The notes below the pieces were generated by a model. It made no database searches and was not told where the DNA came from. It saw only the letters and a list, made by a program, of their open reading frames with translations. A DNA stretch of 64,000 bases from Octopus vulgaris (lineage: Eukaryota), in contig OX597815.1 of the NCBI GenBank assembly GCA_951406725.2, forward strand, positions 868,001-932,000, given 5' to 3'. Below are positions 37,613 through 50,323 of this stretch, in pieces. The stretch's first letter is position 1; the number at the start of each line of letters is the position of its first letter. Both the position numbers and the translations under genes were made by a program.

Positions 37613-38699
37613 TATCTTTATGTATTATTTGGATCCAGTTTGTTTCTTGGATCTTTTCACTTTGACCGGCAGATTTCAAGAAATTAAACAACAAATAGTT
37701 TACAAAATACAGAATTTTCTCAAGAAAGCCAAGAGAAAAACATGTTTTATGTGACACATTCTACCAGAATACGAAGTTTAAAAGTGTTTAGTTACAAAGA
37801 TCCCCTTTCTTTTCAGCGTGTATGTATATTTGTGTAAGTACCATGGTTATGTATTTTGTGTGTGTGTGTGTGTGTGTATATATAAATGTGTGTGTGTGTG
37901 CATGTATGTATATTTATGCATGTGTATATACATACGTATATAGTATTTAAACAGATATATATACAAACGCATAATACATGCACACAAAAAAATGCATCAA
38001 TATTCAGCTGAAATCAAACATTTTTACGGAACTTGCCACACAGGTCCTTTCGTTATCAGTCTACCTTTATCGAAAGAAAGAAAAAAAATTAGATCCAGGC
38101 GAGAACGGCAGAAATTCAACTGAGGTGGCTGAGCTATTCCGAAACACCGCCGAAATTTCTTTTAAAATATTTTAAATACACCGGTTATTAAAACTGGCAT
38201 TTTTTTTATACCCCGTTTAAGATTCAACAAAAGAAAAATCTATTTTAAATGTTTCTAACATCAACAGACTTTTTCACTGATCTTTTTGGTTTCCAGAAAC
38301 TCTCGAAACAGAAAACATAACCTTGGAATTGTCTCATTTATTCATTGTCAATTGCTCTCTCTTCCCCTCGCCATCTCTCCACACACTTTGTGTCCCCATA
38401 TATTTAAGATGGTCATCACTCTAAAAGCACATCACAATAGTTTCATTTATCTATTTCTATGGCAACTGTATCAAATAAGTTGGCCGTGTGTGTGTGTTTT
38501 GTTTTTTGTCTCAATGAGAAAAAAGACAACCTTTCGAAAAAAAACAAAGGAAACGAGAAGTGAAAGAAACCCCTAATTGTTCGGTAATTTCTGTAAAAAC
38601 TCTTTTTCTCTTTGTTTTTCAGATAAATCGCTTTTGTTTATGTATGTGTGCATGCATGTATACTCTTATGTGTATACATATACATCCACATCAATTTAA

Positions 38700-40765
38700 T
38701 ACTAAGTGCCTCAATTGGTCGTTGACACATCACAAGGAACCTATTGAAGCAAGCCATCACGCTGGCGGCATAACCGCGGGCGATGGCGAGGCTGGGTGTT
38801 GAAACAGTTAAGCGCATCACCTGGCACCTCTGTACAGCGAGCCGCCAGGTTCGCGGCGCAGCTCCTCCAAACGTCTCAAATGTTACAGGCTGCAAGAAAG
38901 GTTTCTGTGACAGGTGCCGAAACTTAAGGATTTTGTTCCATTCGGCCACGAACGTAGTGACCTTCCCATTTACCGCGGCATCCAGGATGTAGGAGGAAGC
39001 AAAGGAGTCACAGACTGTGGCGTCCCAGATGAGGCACCTACGCCTTACTCAGGGACAAAGGGTAAAACCTCTTTTTTTATTATCCACAAGGGGCTAAATA
39101 TAGACGCTTGTACAGCACAAAAGGCAATACAAAACATAAAATCGGAGACATAAAAATACAAAAACGAAATCGAGCAAAAAAAAAAAAATAATAAATAAAA
39201 GAAACGAATGAAATTATGAATAATGATAAAATGAGGGCGCAATGCCCACTCGATCCCCGAAGTCGAGTGATTACATTTGGATATGATTTTGGACAGTTTT
39301 CCCCCTTTTTTCCCTATTTTTTAAAACAAAAAGTTCACATTTTTATCATTAAAACAAGAAATATTGTTCATATTATTTAATATTTTATGTCTGGAATTTT
39401 CAAACTTTGCATATTCCACCACGGGCCGCATTGCATTATACAACACCGGCCCATCAATCATAGTCACCACTTCACCGAAAGAATCCCAAAATACATCGTA
39501 CTTTTCTTCGTTCAACAGAAAACACCTTTCTTTCTTCTTGGGCAGCTTCACCCTTACCAAACCTTTCCACTTGGACATTCGCCTTTCCACCTCCACACTT
39601 TTCTCAAAGCAAACCACGTACCCCACATGTTTGTATTCCTCTTCCTCTAGTTCCTTCTCTACTGCATGCGTATTCTTAAGTTTAGATGGCTCCCTACCTT
39701 CTTTGGCCGTCCTCTTCGTTTCTGCTGCTGGTCTCTGCGAGTGTTCCTTTGACTTCGCCTTCTTTCTCCTTTTGGGACTGTCAAACCCGTCACTCCCCTC
39801 CTTTACCGTCTTCGCTTTGTCTTTTCTTCTTCTTCTTCTTCTTCTTCTTCTTCTTCTTCTTCTTCTTCTGTCTCTCTGACACGCCTTCTATCGCTCTTGC
39901 TATCTCTGCCCTTCTTTGCTTCAAACTTCTCTTCCATTTCCACCTCTCGTTCCTTTTGCGTAGTCTTCTCACTCTGTGAATGCTCGTGCTTGGGGAGGCA
40001 CTGTATCCTCTTATGTCCCCTCACTCCACATTCGTAACAATTGGGTCGACGACCCTCAACGATTACTTTAAGGGAACTTTCTCCCGCGATCTCTATTTGC
40101 TAGGGGATTCTTTCAATATCTTCGAATGTGGCAAAAAGCCACATCTCAACACCGCATCCCTACCAGTTCTTCCTACTGGTCCCAGTTCTGGATTGTCCTC
40201 AGTGGAAGCCAGAATAGTTGCCATCAACCAATCTGTTTCTATTTCAGGTGGCACTCTCCCTATTCGGATTCGAACACTGCGCCTGCCCCTATACGTAGGC
40301 AGCAGCGCTACCTTGTCAGGCAGCAGAATAGTGGGGGAATGTGAGGCCGCCTCTTCATTGATGGCAAACCTCACCTCCACCGTGCCGTATTTCCTTCCTC
40401 TGCTCACAAATGTTGCTCTCTTCATAATGACTCCCTGACACTCTTCAACATAGTCTTCTGATAATCTTGTTGTTGGCGACCGCTTGTGCGCGGTACACCA
40501 CCGTGCTATTACTCTTGTCGTTAACCGCTTCCTCCGGAGGGACCAGCTTAATTGTGTCTCCCTCTCTCTGCACAAGCTGCTCGCTTTTTATAATATCGCC
40601 CATGTCAACTTTCATCTGCTTTGCTTCTAATAGCGTATCTGCTCTCATTGCAGCGGTTTTTGCATAGCTTTCCATGATTAAAAGCTAATTTTTTCACCCC
40701 CACAACGGGGAGAAAAACAGCAAAAAACAAATACGCGCAAATCGCTTCAACAACAAATTCCAGCC

Positions 40766-40822
<57 letters not shown>

Positions 40823-40990
40823 TATTCAACAAACAGTCTCAAAAAGACAACTTTCCTCAATCAGACCGTGGTCACAAATGACTAAACTCCCCAGGGACAA
40901 AGGGTAAAACCATCTGGTCTCTTCTCATCACATCTCTATAATCCCGCCAGCTCCGGAACTGAGATATTAACCCGAGCCAGGGCCCGCTGT
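38700..40990 (-). mobile_element. CRE/R2-superfamily RLE retrotransposon 3' fragment, interrupted at 39070-40891
   Basis: QRALARVNIS..ELAGL.RCDEKRPDGFTLCP...RCLIWDATVCDSFASSYILDAAVNGK...KILKF...FLQPVTFETFG...SLAIARGYAASVMACF. Confidence 0.75.
39070..40891 (-). mobile_element. Non-autonomous L1/Tx1-like element encoding only a frameshifted ORF1-like protein (CCHC knuckle), with a 20-bp TSD and an A-rich tail
   Basis: TSD CAGGGACAAAGGGTAAAACC at 39050-39069 and 40892-40911. The ORF starts MESYAKTAA at 40675, contains CYECGVRGHKRIQC and a poly-E tract, and has no APE or RT sequence. Confidence 0.75.
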
Positions 40991-41334
40991 TGATGTTCTC
41001 TTATAGATCTTCCTCGCTCCCGAATCAAGTGAGTAATTAAAACAGAAATTGTAAATAAAACTAGCAAGAAATATCAGGAGTTAATTCGTTGCTAATAAAT
41101 TATTCGGGCATTAGTATATCGTTGCAAAGTTAACTACTAAATATTTAGAGAGGAAAGTTATGGTGGCTAACATGAATTTAAAGAGCTACAAAATTGCTTT
41201 CCCCTCTCGCAGGCTCTGGAAATGAATCAAGGCACCTATTTTACTGCAGTTCGGTTACAAGTCTCCCTTCAAATACATAACAGATATTCAATATTTGTAG
41301 TAGAAGGCGGTGAGCTGGCAGAAACGTTAGCACG

Positions 41335-41490
41335 CCCAGGTCACGCACTGATTTTGACTCGGGGATTGCAATTCTTCCCGCGCCAGTGTATCCGGTCTGC
41401 ATGTCGTTTACCTTTGTGTGCCGGTAGCGCAGGGCCTGGAACTTACCTGCATTAAACTGCATGTTGTTGTCCTCAGCCCACTGCATATTG
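41335..41490 (-). mobile_element. CR1/L2/Jockey-group LINE RT C-terminal fragment
   Basis: WAEDNNMQFNAGKFQALRY...SVRDLGV. Confidence 0.65.
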
Positions 41491-41559
41491 CATATATTCA
41501 TATATTATTTATATTATTATATGATCGAACGCCACGCATCCTTTTCCAAGTAAGTTTTA

Positions 41560-41593
<34 letters not shown>

Positions 41594-41674
41594 ATATATA
41601 TATATATATGTATCTTCAATTATTTTTACGCTTTTTTTAACCCTTCCGTCGTTATTCTTATTCACCCGTTATTA

Positions 41675-41746
<72 letters not shown>

Positions 41747-41989
41747 AACACACACACACACACATATATATATATACACACACACACACAGAAGGTAATA
41801 ATGAGTGAATAAGAATAACGACGGAAGGGTTTTAAAATGCGTAAAAATAATTGCAGATAAAATGAAATCAAAACATAAAAAATTATTGAAAATTGAAAGT
41901 GGGTAGAAATAAACACTGCGTAGTGTAGTAGTAGAAGTAGTAGTACTAGGCCAGGGCATCTGTAGAAAGTTGAATGTGATTTCGGAATA

Positions 41990-42315
41990 TAACGAGGAAA
42001 AGTTCGGATCTTGGGAAGTTTCCGAAAGTCCTCTCCCCACTTCAAGATTTTCCCCACAAATTACTTTATAATCGTTTGAAAGGTATTTAAACAAAATTCA
42101 AAAAAAAAAACGCATTTTCCTAACAGTTACGAAGGAAAAACTCGGATCTTGTGAATTTTCCGAAGTCCTCTCCTCACCCCGTAATGTATGCTGTTTGAAA
42201 GGTATTTCTATAAAATTTCATTGAAAAAAAAAAAAAAAAGAAACCCGTTTTCCTAAAAGTTATGAAAAGGAAAAACTCGGATCTTGTGAATTTTCCGAAG
42301 TCTTCTCCCGACCCT
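41990..42315. repeat. Three degenerate tandem units of about 133 bp
   Basis: Core GGAAAA.(A)CTCGGATCTTG(G/T)GAA.TTTCCGAA.GTC.TCTCC at about 41995, 42135 and 42269. Confidence 0.8.
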
Positions 42316-43801
42316 GTCGTTGCTTTGCGCGCATTTTTTGTTTTGTTTCGTACATATTTCCAACAGATTTTTCCCCCACCTGTTGCACTCTTTGTTTTCT
42401 GATTTTCGTTTCCAGGTCAAGTTGTAAACATTAACCCCATTCAGTGTTATTACCCTCAACAGGCTGGTTGTATCGCTAGAACAGCCACTTAGCATAATTA
42501 CTATTTCCACCCTGTCGACAGGCTGCAACTGGTCTATTTATAAAATTCGACTACTTCCACTTTTTAGCGAGTGGAGGATACAGCTTCACTGGCCAACAGG
42601 AAACCATTTCTGTTACATATAGATACGGCCTAGATTTGAAGTTACATCTCGGGAACAGTATGGGCCTCACCAGCTCAGGCATCGCCAATTTCTAGTCGAA
42701 AGAATATCTCCACATCTCCAAGTATTCGAACAAACGTTTAGATTTGAAACCGCAATCCTTGCTTTTGTCACCGAACGCCGTAGCATTGGAATCAAGCGTC
42801 TTTGATGAGTTTATAAGAAAAAGTAAACAATAGAAGAGCCGAGGAAACTGGTGAAGGTTGAATAGTTTTGTGAAGTTTCCCCAATTAGAAAGTTGAAGAA
42901 GGAAAGAAATACTTTTGCAAAAGCTGGCTTAATCCAGACATGAAGTAATTTTAATCTTATTCCATTTGCTTAACGTTCAATTCCTGTTTGAGTTCCTCAC
43001 TTGGTCTATGGTCTTTTTACTTCAGTTTAAGGGGTGACTCTACACTTGCTCCTCTTGGCCTTTCTCGTCTCTCAATTTTCTCCCACTTCAACACCCATAC
43101 GCTTCCCCCCCCCTTTTTTTTTCGCCACATTCAGTCTTACTCTCTGTTCATTTTCTTTCTCCTTCACTCTGTATCTATCTATCTATCTCTTTCCAACCTA
43201 TTTTATCATTTCTACTATTCTCTCTTTCATTTTCTGTCCAACACCGTTGTCTTTGTTATATTCTAGGCACAGGGAATCCCCATGATTTGAAACTCTGACC
43301 ACCTCGTCTTCTTCCTAAAAGAAATTCTTTCCGCCAAACCCGATTTTATTTTTCAAGTCAACTAAAGGGCGACAACTCTGCCCTTCCCTCCCAACCAACG
43401 CACTTCTTTTAACTCGGACTAATTAATCTTTCATTAATTAACATTTCGTTAATAATGTCTTAACCTTGTCTCCGCAATTTAAACACAATTCAGAGTTGAT
43501 AGTCTAATTCTCCTCTTACATCCAGAGCATTTACTTTTAGAACAATTCGCTGTGAACATGTTACAATCCCTAATTGGTAAACAACAGGTGCGAAAGAGAA
43601 ACGTAGAAATCTCATTAATGTTTTAATCTTAATTAATAAGCGATGGAGTAAACGAAACAAAGACGATGCTCACTGTTTTCGTCAATTTTCTGTGGATTGT
43701 TGCTTATTCGACGATATTTCCTGCTTCCTTTCAGCCACAAAATTAACAGATATCAAGAAAGAAGTAACTGCAGGCAGAAGTTCTTGGTTAGCATTATTTC
43801 C

Positions 43802-44201
43802 ATGGAGTATATCAACGACCCTTCTTACCTCAAGATAGAGTCCGTCCGTCTCGACACATTCCATACTTGGCCACTGAATGGAGCTGTTTCTAGGGAGGAG
43901 GTGGCTCGACAAGGTTTTTATTACACAGGACACAAAGACGCAGTCGCCTGTGTTTTTTGTAGGGGCCATTTAGAAAAATGGGTTCAAACCGACGTGGTGT
44001 CCACGGAACACAGCAAGTGGTTTCCCGATTGTCCGTTTGTACAAGGCAGAGAATGTGGTAATGTTCCAAGACAGAATACTAACCCAAAGATTCCAGCCTA
44101 CACCTTTTTTTACGACCGTTTGGACAGTTTTTCTAGTACTTGGTCGAAAGAGGACAACATTTCTGCAGATAAAATGGCAAGCGCTGGCTTCTTCTACATA
44201 G
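43802..44201 (+). CDS. Inhibitor of apoptosis (BIR-domain, BIRC2/3/7-like) protein, coding exon with BIR1 and the N-terminal half of BIR2
   Basis: MEYINDPSYLKIESVRLDTFHTWP...ARQGFYYTGHKDAVACVFCRGHLEKWVQTDVVSTEHSKWFPDCPFV has the CX2CX16HX6C Zn ligands. A second BIR starts RLDSF...MASAGFFYI and ends at a G|gtacgt donor. A likely acceptor is tttcag| at 43734. Confidence 0.92.
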
Positions 44202-44476
44202 GTACGTGGTAGAAATTTCTTTTAAGTCTATAACATTCGGTGTGTATATATCTGTGTATAGCTTTGTGTGTATATATCTGTGTATAGCTTTGTGTGTATA
44301 TATATATGTATGGATAGTAACGTTTGTACATATGTATGCATATATTTCTCACGCTTTCTCTCTCTCATATTCTTTTACTTGTTTCAGTTATTTGACTGCG
44401 GCCATGCTGAAGCACCGCCTTCAGTCGAACATATATATACATATACATACAGAAACATATATATACATACACAAAC

Positions 44477-44520
<44 letters not shown>

Positions 44521-44566
44521 CATACATACATACATGCATACAAACATACATATAAACATACATACA

Positions 44567-45340
44567 TTATTATTATGGCTGCCCCCTCGTTATCGAGTAT
44601 GGCCATTGCACGAAGCTTAACTGTTACTGGTGCTGTGATCGAATGTGACTTTTTAGCCCAGCTAAAGATCTACAATGTCTTGTACAGAATTGGCAACTAA
44701 AACCTTTACTGGTAATATCCGGCTGTAGTTGTAACTGGGCTTCATGTACCTTTGCATGTCGTTGAAGTCCTCCTGCCGGATTACACTCTCTTCCACATGT
44801 CCGACAGATATGATTAGTATGGTGCGTAACACCACCACCAGTGGCCAGGTTGTCACTCATCTGTCTCGCTTTATGACTACGAAGATGACTCTTGAGTCCA
44901 GCTTTACTGAGGCAGAGTCTTGCACAGACACTGCATGTCAGCATCATGGGAAGACCCTTCCCATCTGGAAGTGTAACAGCGATGCCCTTCCTGACATCCC
45001 TCCTTACTTTCTTATGTGCCACTCGAGATTTCTCAAAAGTGGCTGTCCCCTCGTGCACAATCCTTCTCCACCTGCTACGATCAATAACTATGCCTTCCCA
45101 TGTGTCAGGAGAGATGCAAGCATCTCTTAAGGAAGCTTTCAGCAAGTCCTTATACCTCTTTTTTGGTTTATGTGGAGGTCGTTCTCCTTTATCTAACTCC
45201 CCATAAAAGAGTTGTTTTGGCATCCTTGAATCCTTCATCCTGACCAGATGACCACCCCATCTGAGCCTTTGCTTTAACACAAGAGCTTCTATACTTTCAC
45301 ACCGAGAGCCTTCCAACATTTCAAGATCACTGATCGTCTG
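44567..45340 (-). mobile_element. RTE LINE 3' end with an uninterrupted ORF ending in three C2H2 zinc fingers, inserted in a SINE inside the IAP intron
   Basis: QRLRWGGHLVRMKDSRMPKQLFYGEL...; CSVC..HLRSH, CRTC..HAKVH, CQFC..HIRSQH; (ATA)n tail. Confidence 0.85.
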
Positions 45341-45455
45341 CTGAAATATACACATATACAAACATATATACATACACAAATATATTATATATATATGTAT
45401 ATATACACATACAGCCATATATACATACGCAGACATATATTTATACACATATGCA

Positions 45456-45497
<42 letters not shown>

Positions 45498-46508
45498 CAC
45501 AAACATACATATACACAAATCGAACCCAGGACTTATTCTTTATAAGCCTGGTACTTATTCTATCAGTCTCTTTTTGCCGAACTGCTAAGTTACGGGGACG
45601 TAAATACACCAGCATCGGTTCTCAAGCGATGATGGGATGACGGGGGACAAACATATATACACACATACATATGTATATACGACAGGCTTCTTTCAGTTTC
45701 CGTCTACCAAATCCACTCAAGGCTTTGTTTAGCCCAAGGCTATAGTGCACACTTACCCAAGGTGCCAAGCAGTGAGACTGAACCTGGAACCATGTGGTTG
45801 CTAAGCAATGTTTTTCTGTATGAAGTTTGCTTATGTATATATGTATTGCGTATGTGTGTATATATATATGTATGTGTATATATATGTGTGTATATATATA
45901 TATATATATGTATGTGTATATATATGTGTGTATATATATGTATGTGTATATATATGTGTGTGTGTGTGTGTATGTATATATACTGTGTGTGTATCGTTGG
46001 CGATTTTTTTTTTCCCCCTCCGTCTTCCCTTCTTTGGATCTTTCCTTTTCCTATGTTTCTATGCAACCAAAGAATTTAGAGTAGCAGTAATGATAAGGCT
46101 GTTGACTGGGAGAACACAAACACGGTTAAACCAGAAAGCTTGGCAGGAAAGAAACGTGCCTTTAAGCAGTACAAAAACAACAACAAATGGAAGGTGCAGT
46201 TGTGTCTAGGTTGATGGAAGAAAAGCAGGACAATCGATTGCATTCTCACCTGGAATCGATTTTTGTAATTTTTTCAAGACTTAAACATGCCCTGGTACCG
46301 TTGGTTTCTCCATACCAAATTTGGACACAATTGGATGGAGGATGCCCGAGATCCGAGAAAGCACACAGACACACAGACAGAAAGGATTTTATATAAGAGA
46401 TGTGTGTACATATATATGTATGTATGTGTGTGTGTGTATATATATATATATATGTGTGCATGTGTGTATATATATATGCACACACACACACACACACATA
46501 TATATGTA

Positions 46509-48060
46509 CTAGCAGAGGCACCTGGCATTGCCCGGAATGAAATTTTTCCTTATATGTTGGAAGAAAAAAGCAAAATATGTTGTATAGAAATTTGTTCCAA
46601 ATTCAATTTATTCTTTAATTGGGAAATCAATTCTTAATTCATAATAATAATAATAATAATTTGTTTAACATCCGTTTTCCATGCTGGCAAGGGTCGGATG
46701 GTTTGACTGGGGACTGGCAAGCCAGTAGGCGGCACCAAGCTCCAATCTGATCTGGCAAGGTTTCTACAGCTGGAAACAAAAATACAAAATTTATCACTTT
46801 TATGAAAGGAGATAAATTCTGACACATATGTTGAGCTGGGTAAACAACATTCTTTGTTTTCTGGTTTGGAGCATAGACAAATAAGTCTTGCAAACTACCT
46901 ACCCTGGAGCAACCAACATAAAGGTGACCATGAGAAAAGCAAGCCATTAGACTTTAAAAACTGACCTTGAGCTTTATTAATGGACATTGCAAAGCAAAGT
47001 CACACTGAGAATTGTGTTTGTTTGAACTCAAATGGTATGACTGTTGGTTTGATTGGAATTGTTGGAAGGAAAACCTCTTCCCCAGAGGCACAGCCAGTGA
47101 TGATGGTAGTCTCTGTCACATTAGGTGATAATGTCTTCACAATCAACTTTGTCCCATTGCATAATTTAGGAGGATCTAAATTTCTTAGAAGCATTATCGG
47201 GACTCCTACCTTCAGAAAAAGTTTATGTGGAGGAATTCCAGGTGGCTCAAGAGAATTAAGGAACTCTGTTGGGTAATGGACAGCTTGATTTTCAAGGACG
47301 GAATCAACTGATTTGTACTTCTTAATGATTGTTGGAATCTTATTCAATTATTCATGGTTAATCCTTGCTACTGTCTCATTTTTTGGAGCAAGAATTGCTC
47401 TTTCACACAACCAGTCATGTGAATTATAATTATTGCTTAAGTCTGGAAATACCATTCTTCAATTCAGCTGGGAGAATTCACCATGATAGCAATATGTGCC
47501 AAACTGATATCACCATTCCCATCAGATGAGACTTGCCATTTTTTAATTGGAGGAGCCAGGTTGAAAACTTTTTTTGCACATTGGTCCCCATGTAATGAAG
47601 CTAGGATGTTATTCCATAGGTGTGATGACTTAATGCATGTTTTTATTTCATCAGATCTTGTTTGTCTCGGAATGACTGCTAATGTCTGTCTGAAGTCTCC
47701 TGATAAAACTAATGTCACGCTTCCCATAGATTTATTGTTGCCTCTGTTGTCCTGTAAGGTCTTACCAAGAGCTTCCATTGCACCTCCATGTGACATGGTG
47801 CATCCCAAATGATCAGGTGGCATTGGCACAACACTTCTGCTGAACCTAAATCTTTGCTTCTGTTACAAACTGGATTGTCGTTTGTGACAAGGCTCTCTGG
47901 TAATTTCAAAGCAGAATGAGCTGTTTGTCCTCCTGCGAGAATGGCGGCAGCAAAGCCAGACAATGGTACAGCAACTGTAATTCTTTTTTGTTACTTTACC
48001 TTGGAGAGAAGCAATGTTACAAACGCTTTACCTGTGCCAAAGGAACATCAAGAAAGCAAA
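46509..48060 (-). mobile_element. Helitron remnant: degraded PIF1-family helicase and a 3' hairpin + CTAG terminus
   Basis: [82 protein letters not shown]. The 3' end reads CCGGGCAATGCCAGG-TGCCTCTG-CTAG|T at 46535-46509. Confidence 0.88.
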
Positions 48061-48096
48061 TTCCTCTACTTTTTTTCTGGCGATTGTGGAACAATG

Positions 48097-48127
<31 letters not shown>

Positions 48128-49942
48128 TCAAACATCAGATGAAATAGACGTGTATGTGTGTGAGAGGAAGAGCGAGTGAAGGGGTGTGTTGTCTTGTATA
48201 TGTACATACATAAATAAACAGGCAGACATCTTTCTTGTACGTATGTGTGTGTGAGAAAGAGAGAGAGAGAGTGCTACCTAGACATCACTCTCTTTCTCAC
48301 GCATGCACACATACACAGAAAAAAGATGTATGCATATGTATTTATGTCTGTACATATACATAACTGTATACAAACGCACATACAAAACCTCACGTGCATG
48401 CGACTGACCACAAATACTTAGAGCTGAACATGGCATGCAAAAAGAAAATGAATAATTTTTAATGAAAATTAACGAAGTGTGCAAGTTCGGAATGAAATCA
48501 AACTTTGTGTGAAAGAGAGAGAGAGAGAGAGAAAACATTGCAAACAATGAATGAAAAGAAAAATCCCATGGGAACAAAAGCACATTGAAAACTATCTTGG
48601 GCCGAATATTTAAATTTGTGACTTTTGTAAATATTTCTTTCAGTAATTTATCCCAGTTGTTTGCAAATAATGGACATTAAAATAGAGAGTGAGAGACCTC
48701 TCCGTTTTGCGTCAATACCGGAAGTTGATGTTGAGAAACCTTTTTAAAGAAGAGAATCATAAATATAAAGCACTGTTTTTTTTTTTTATTATATAATGGA
48801 AATTGTAGTTGTGATCCCTGTGCCGGTGACACGTAAAAAGCACCGTCCGAATGTGGCAGATGCCAGTGCTGCCGTGACTGGCGTCCGTGTCAGTGGCATG
48901 TAAAAACCACCAACCGATCGTGGTCGTTTGCCAGCCCCCTCTGGCCCCTGTGCCGGTGGCACATAAACAGCACCCACTACACTCTTGGAGTGGTTGGCAT
49001 TAGGAAGGGCATCAAGCTATAGAAACACTGCCAAACCAGACTGGAGCCTGGTTCAACCTCCATGGCTTACCAGACCCCGGTTGAACCATCCAACCCATGC
49101 CAGCATGGAAAACAGATGTTAAATGATGATGATGATGATAAGTGTTTATATAAGTTATTGTCAATCTTTCTCCTGTAAAAGTTTATATATAAACTGTTTC
49201 GTGGAGCAGTGACAGGTGACCGAGGCGTTTGGCGATATACTGTGCTGGCCAGCCAACTGTGACTGTAGTCACGGCTGATGCTGGTATCAGGTCAGTGGCA
49301 CCCATGCTGGTGGCATGTAAAAAACACCGACTCCACTCTTGGAGTGGTTGGCATTAGGAAGGGCACCCAGCGTAGAAACATCAGATCAGAACCTGGTGCA
49401 TCTCCCTAGCTTACCAGTTTCCAGTCAAACCATCCAATGGATGTTAAATGATGATGATACAGAGGGAGAGAGAGGAGGGCCTGAGTTCAGTTGACAAAAT
49501 ACTCACCAAAGGTCAAATAAAACTGATGTCCTTCACATGGAACTGAAAAGCCATGAAGATGCAATCTTCTGAATGTATGGACACTAGATTTCTAATTATA
49601 TATACATGTATATATAATATACTTGTGTGTGTTATATCAAGGTATCAACCAGATTATTGAATGTTATTATACATCGCTGGTCACAATGCGCTTTACATTA
49701 CTTTAGCTTTTGGTTGATGGCACCCCACTGGTTAGGCAAGCAGGCCAACATTCACCTCAACTTGAAGGCTACTTCATTGCAGGGTGGCCCACTTACAGCT
49801 GAGTGGACTGGAGAAACATGAAATGAAGTATTTTGCTCAAGGACACAATGCCCTGCCCTGTCCAGAAATTGAACCCACGGTCTAGCAATCCCGAGTGCAA
49901 CACCCTAACCACTAGGCCATACACTTTCATGTATATAATATA

Positions 49943-50323
49943 CTAGCAGTATCACCCAGCGTTGCTCGGGTTTATTTTGACCCTTTTTGAAAAGTAAAAA
50001 TTTTGCATTATGTAGCTTGTTATTCTCTTTAAGTGAACATTTTTCTGGTTGAAATACACCGAAAAATGGCGACACAGCAGTCAAAAAATCGTAAAAAATA
50101 GGGATTTTCATAGAAAAAAAGCACCTTTTTGATGTAAATAATTTTTGGTGTTAACATGGTCCGATTTGAGTTTTTTCTTCTATGGAAGGAAGAACAAGCC
50201 GTCTTCTATCATACTCTCAATTTTGGTCAACTTGTGCCGCAGGGTCTCGGAGGAGAGAGTGTTAGTTGAAGGCTACCAAACCTGCCATACACAGACAACT
50301 TCATCTTTATATATAGAGAGAGA
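49943..50323 (-). mobile_element. Non-autonomous Helitron (about 380 bp)
   Basis: 5' TC(TC)nTATATATAAAG..., 3' hairpin CCCGAGCAACGCTGGG plus CTAG, inserted at A|T. Confidence 0.7.

Noticed and set aside
43697-43801. N-terminal extension of the IAP ORF from 43697
   Set aside because: The start is a non-ATG codon upstream of a likely acceptor at 43734; the first in-frame ATG is 43802.
46830-48060. Host PIF1 helicase gene
   Set aside because: Intronless and frameshifted, with a co-oriented Helitron 3' hairpin-CTAG end.
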